Shown in pieces: positions 63,129-64,000 of a stretch of DNA of 64,000 nt (position 1 is the stretch's first letter; the number at the start of each line of letters is the position of its first letter). The DNA lies in the NCBI GenBank assembly GCA_937926215.1, contig CALEYA010000025.1:5451-69450 (forward strand). Reading direction: 5' to 3'. The notes under the pieces were generated by a model that was not told the DNA's origin, did not search any database, and worked only from the letters and a program-made list of their open reading frames with translations. Source of the DNA: an uncultured Croceitalea sp. GTDB taxonomy: Bacteria > Bacteroidota > Bacteroidia > Flavobacteriales > Flavobacteriaceae. The translations under genes and the position numbers were made by a program.

Positions 63129-63278
63129 ATGAAAAAAATGAAAAAAACACTGATCGTATTCGCCGCCGTATTTATGACCGTAGGATTTACCGCTTGCACC
63201 AATGATTCCGTAGCAGAAGAAGAGCAACTCTTTATTGACGCTACTGATGATGATGATCCAGTAGATGACAGAGAATAG
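63129..63278 (+). CDS. Small acidic lipoprotein / lipopeptide, 49 aa (46 aa from ATG 63138)
   Basis: MKKMKKTLIVFAAVFMTVGFTA|CTNDSVAEEEQLFIDATDDDDPVDDRE*; classic SPII signal; missing from the ORF track. Confidence 0.85.
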   Translation: MKKMKKTLIVFAAVFMTVGFTACTNDSVAEEEQLFIDATDDDDPVDDRE

Positions 63279-63340
63279 GATTAAATAAGCATTTAACAAA
63301 AGGATACTTAGAACCAAACTTCAGTCTAATATTTTAATAA

Positions 63341-63368
63341 CCTCAAACACCTCGTTTGGGGTTTTTTT
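63341..63368 (+). terminator. Terminator after the lipopeptide gene
   Basis: CCTCAAAC/GTTTGGGG stem plus T7. Confidence 0.7.
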
Positions 63369-63415
63369 GTATCTTGTACATACGTAAGTGCCTGCATTAC
63401 GCTCCAAATACTGCT

Positions 63416-64000
63416 ATGAAATTCTGGAAAAAAGCATCACTATTGGTAATAGGCGTGGCCTGTTTTATGTTCTTGGCGTTTGTACCCAGTCAGGAAATTT
63501 CCGATGTTTCCAATACTATTACCGAAATCCTCAATAAAGCCCGTAACGATGCTAGCCTTTCTAGTGAAGAACGTTTCCAGCTTTTGGAAAAAGCTTTGCT
63601 TTTAATAGAACAGGCGAAAACGAACAATTTAGAAGAGGTTTCCTTTGCCGCCTTACGTAGTGGGGATTCCCTACTCTTTAGAAAATTCAACAGGATTGTT
63701 TTGGAAAAAACAAAAGGGGAAGCCAACCCATTTTCCTTAGGGATGTCCCATTGGGACTTAGGGGAGTTCGTAAGGGATTCCAAACCGGATAGTGCCTTTT
63801 ACCATTACCAAAAAGCTTACAAAGCTTTGTCCCTTGCTACACTTGAAGAAGAAAATTCACATTTACCAAGCTCATTACTTTTAGTAATAGCTGGCCTTAA
63901 AGATAATGTCAAAGATTATGTGGGAGCAGAAAAAGATATCATTGCGGTAATTTCACACCTAAAAAAAATTGAGAGGTTGGACCAGCTCTTTAAAGCTTAC
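63416..64000 (+). CDS. Signal-peptide TPR protein, probable TPR-containing sensor histidine kinase (partial)
   Basis: Open 195 codons to the window edge; SHWDLGEF...DSAFYHYQKAYK...KDYVGAE resembles flavobacterial TPR sensor kinases; kinase domain not visible. Confidence 0.7.
   Translation, partial: MKFWKKASLLVIGVACFMFLAFVPSQEISDVSNTITEILNKARNDASLSSEERFQLLEKALLLIEQAKTNNLEEVSFAALRSGDSLLFRKFNRIVLEKTKGEANPFSLGMSHWDLGEFVRDSKPDSAFYHYQKAYKALSLATLEEENSHLPSSLLLVIAGLKDNVKDYVGAEKDIIAVISHLKKIERLDQLFKAY

Noticed and set aside
63117-63317. 66-aa minus-strand ORF in the track
   Set aside because: Antisense shadow of the plus-strand lipopeptide gene, which has the signal peptide, lipobox and terminator.
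63490-63783. 97-aa minus-strand ORF
   Set aside because: Antisense to the edge-truncated TPR protein gene on the plus strand.

Overview
Chromosomal window from a Bacteroidota bacterium, family Flavobacteriaceae (Maribacter/Muricauda-like by gene content). The assignment rests on TAnnTTTG -7 promoter boxes, the lpxC-fabZ fusion, porX and a PorP/SprF gene. Most of the window is core genes: the his operon (hisG-D-C-B-H-A-F-IE, minus strand, with four passenger genes interleaved), fabG, sucD, lpxD/lpxC-fabZ/lpxA/efp/lpxD-like, HD-domain gene and porX, dnaK, sdaA, panB, leuA/leuB, pheT, ABC-F, transaldolase, SRP RNA (ffs) and glutaminyl cyclase. Accessory DNA is concentrated at about 25.7-37.2 kb and 62.2-64 kb. 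Items absent from the supplied ORF track that I could read directly: (1) a His-rich leader peptide with attenuator terminator upstream of hisG; (2) a complete IS5-family element (19-bp IRs, ATA duplication) splitting a membrane-protein gene whose frame is restored when the IS is removed; (3) a cluster of three REP-like palindromes; (4) 7-bp periodic repeat tracts in the his operon, one beside a four-helix-bundle gene; (5) an internally deleted SDR pseudogene; (6) a 46-49 aa acidic lipopeptide gene between a non-phosphorylatable LytTR regulator and a TPR-containing putative sensor protein. Item 6 is the best candidate for an undescribed system (possible peptide signalling), but the sensor gene runs off the window edge, so its kinase identity is inferred. 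No CRISPR, rRNA, tRNA or prophage was seen. Family names come from recalled motifs, not database searches.
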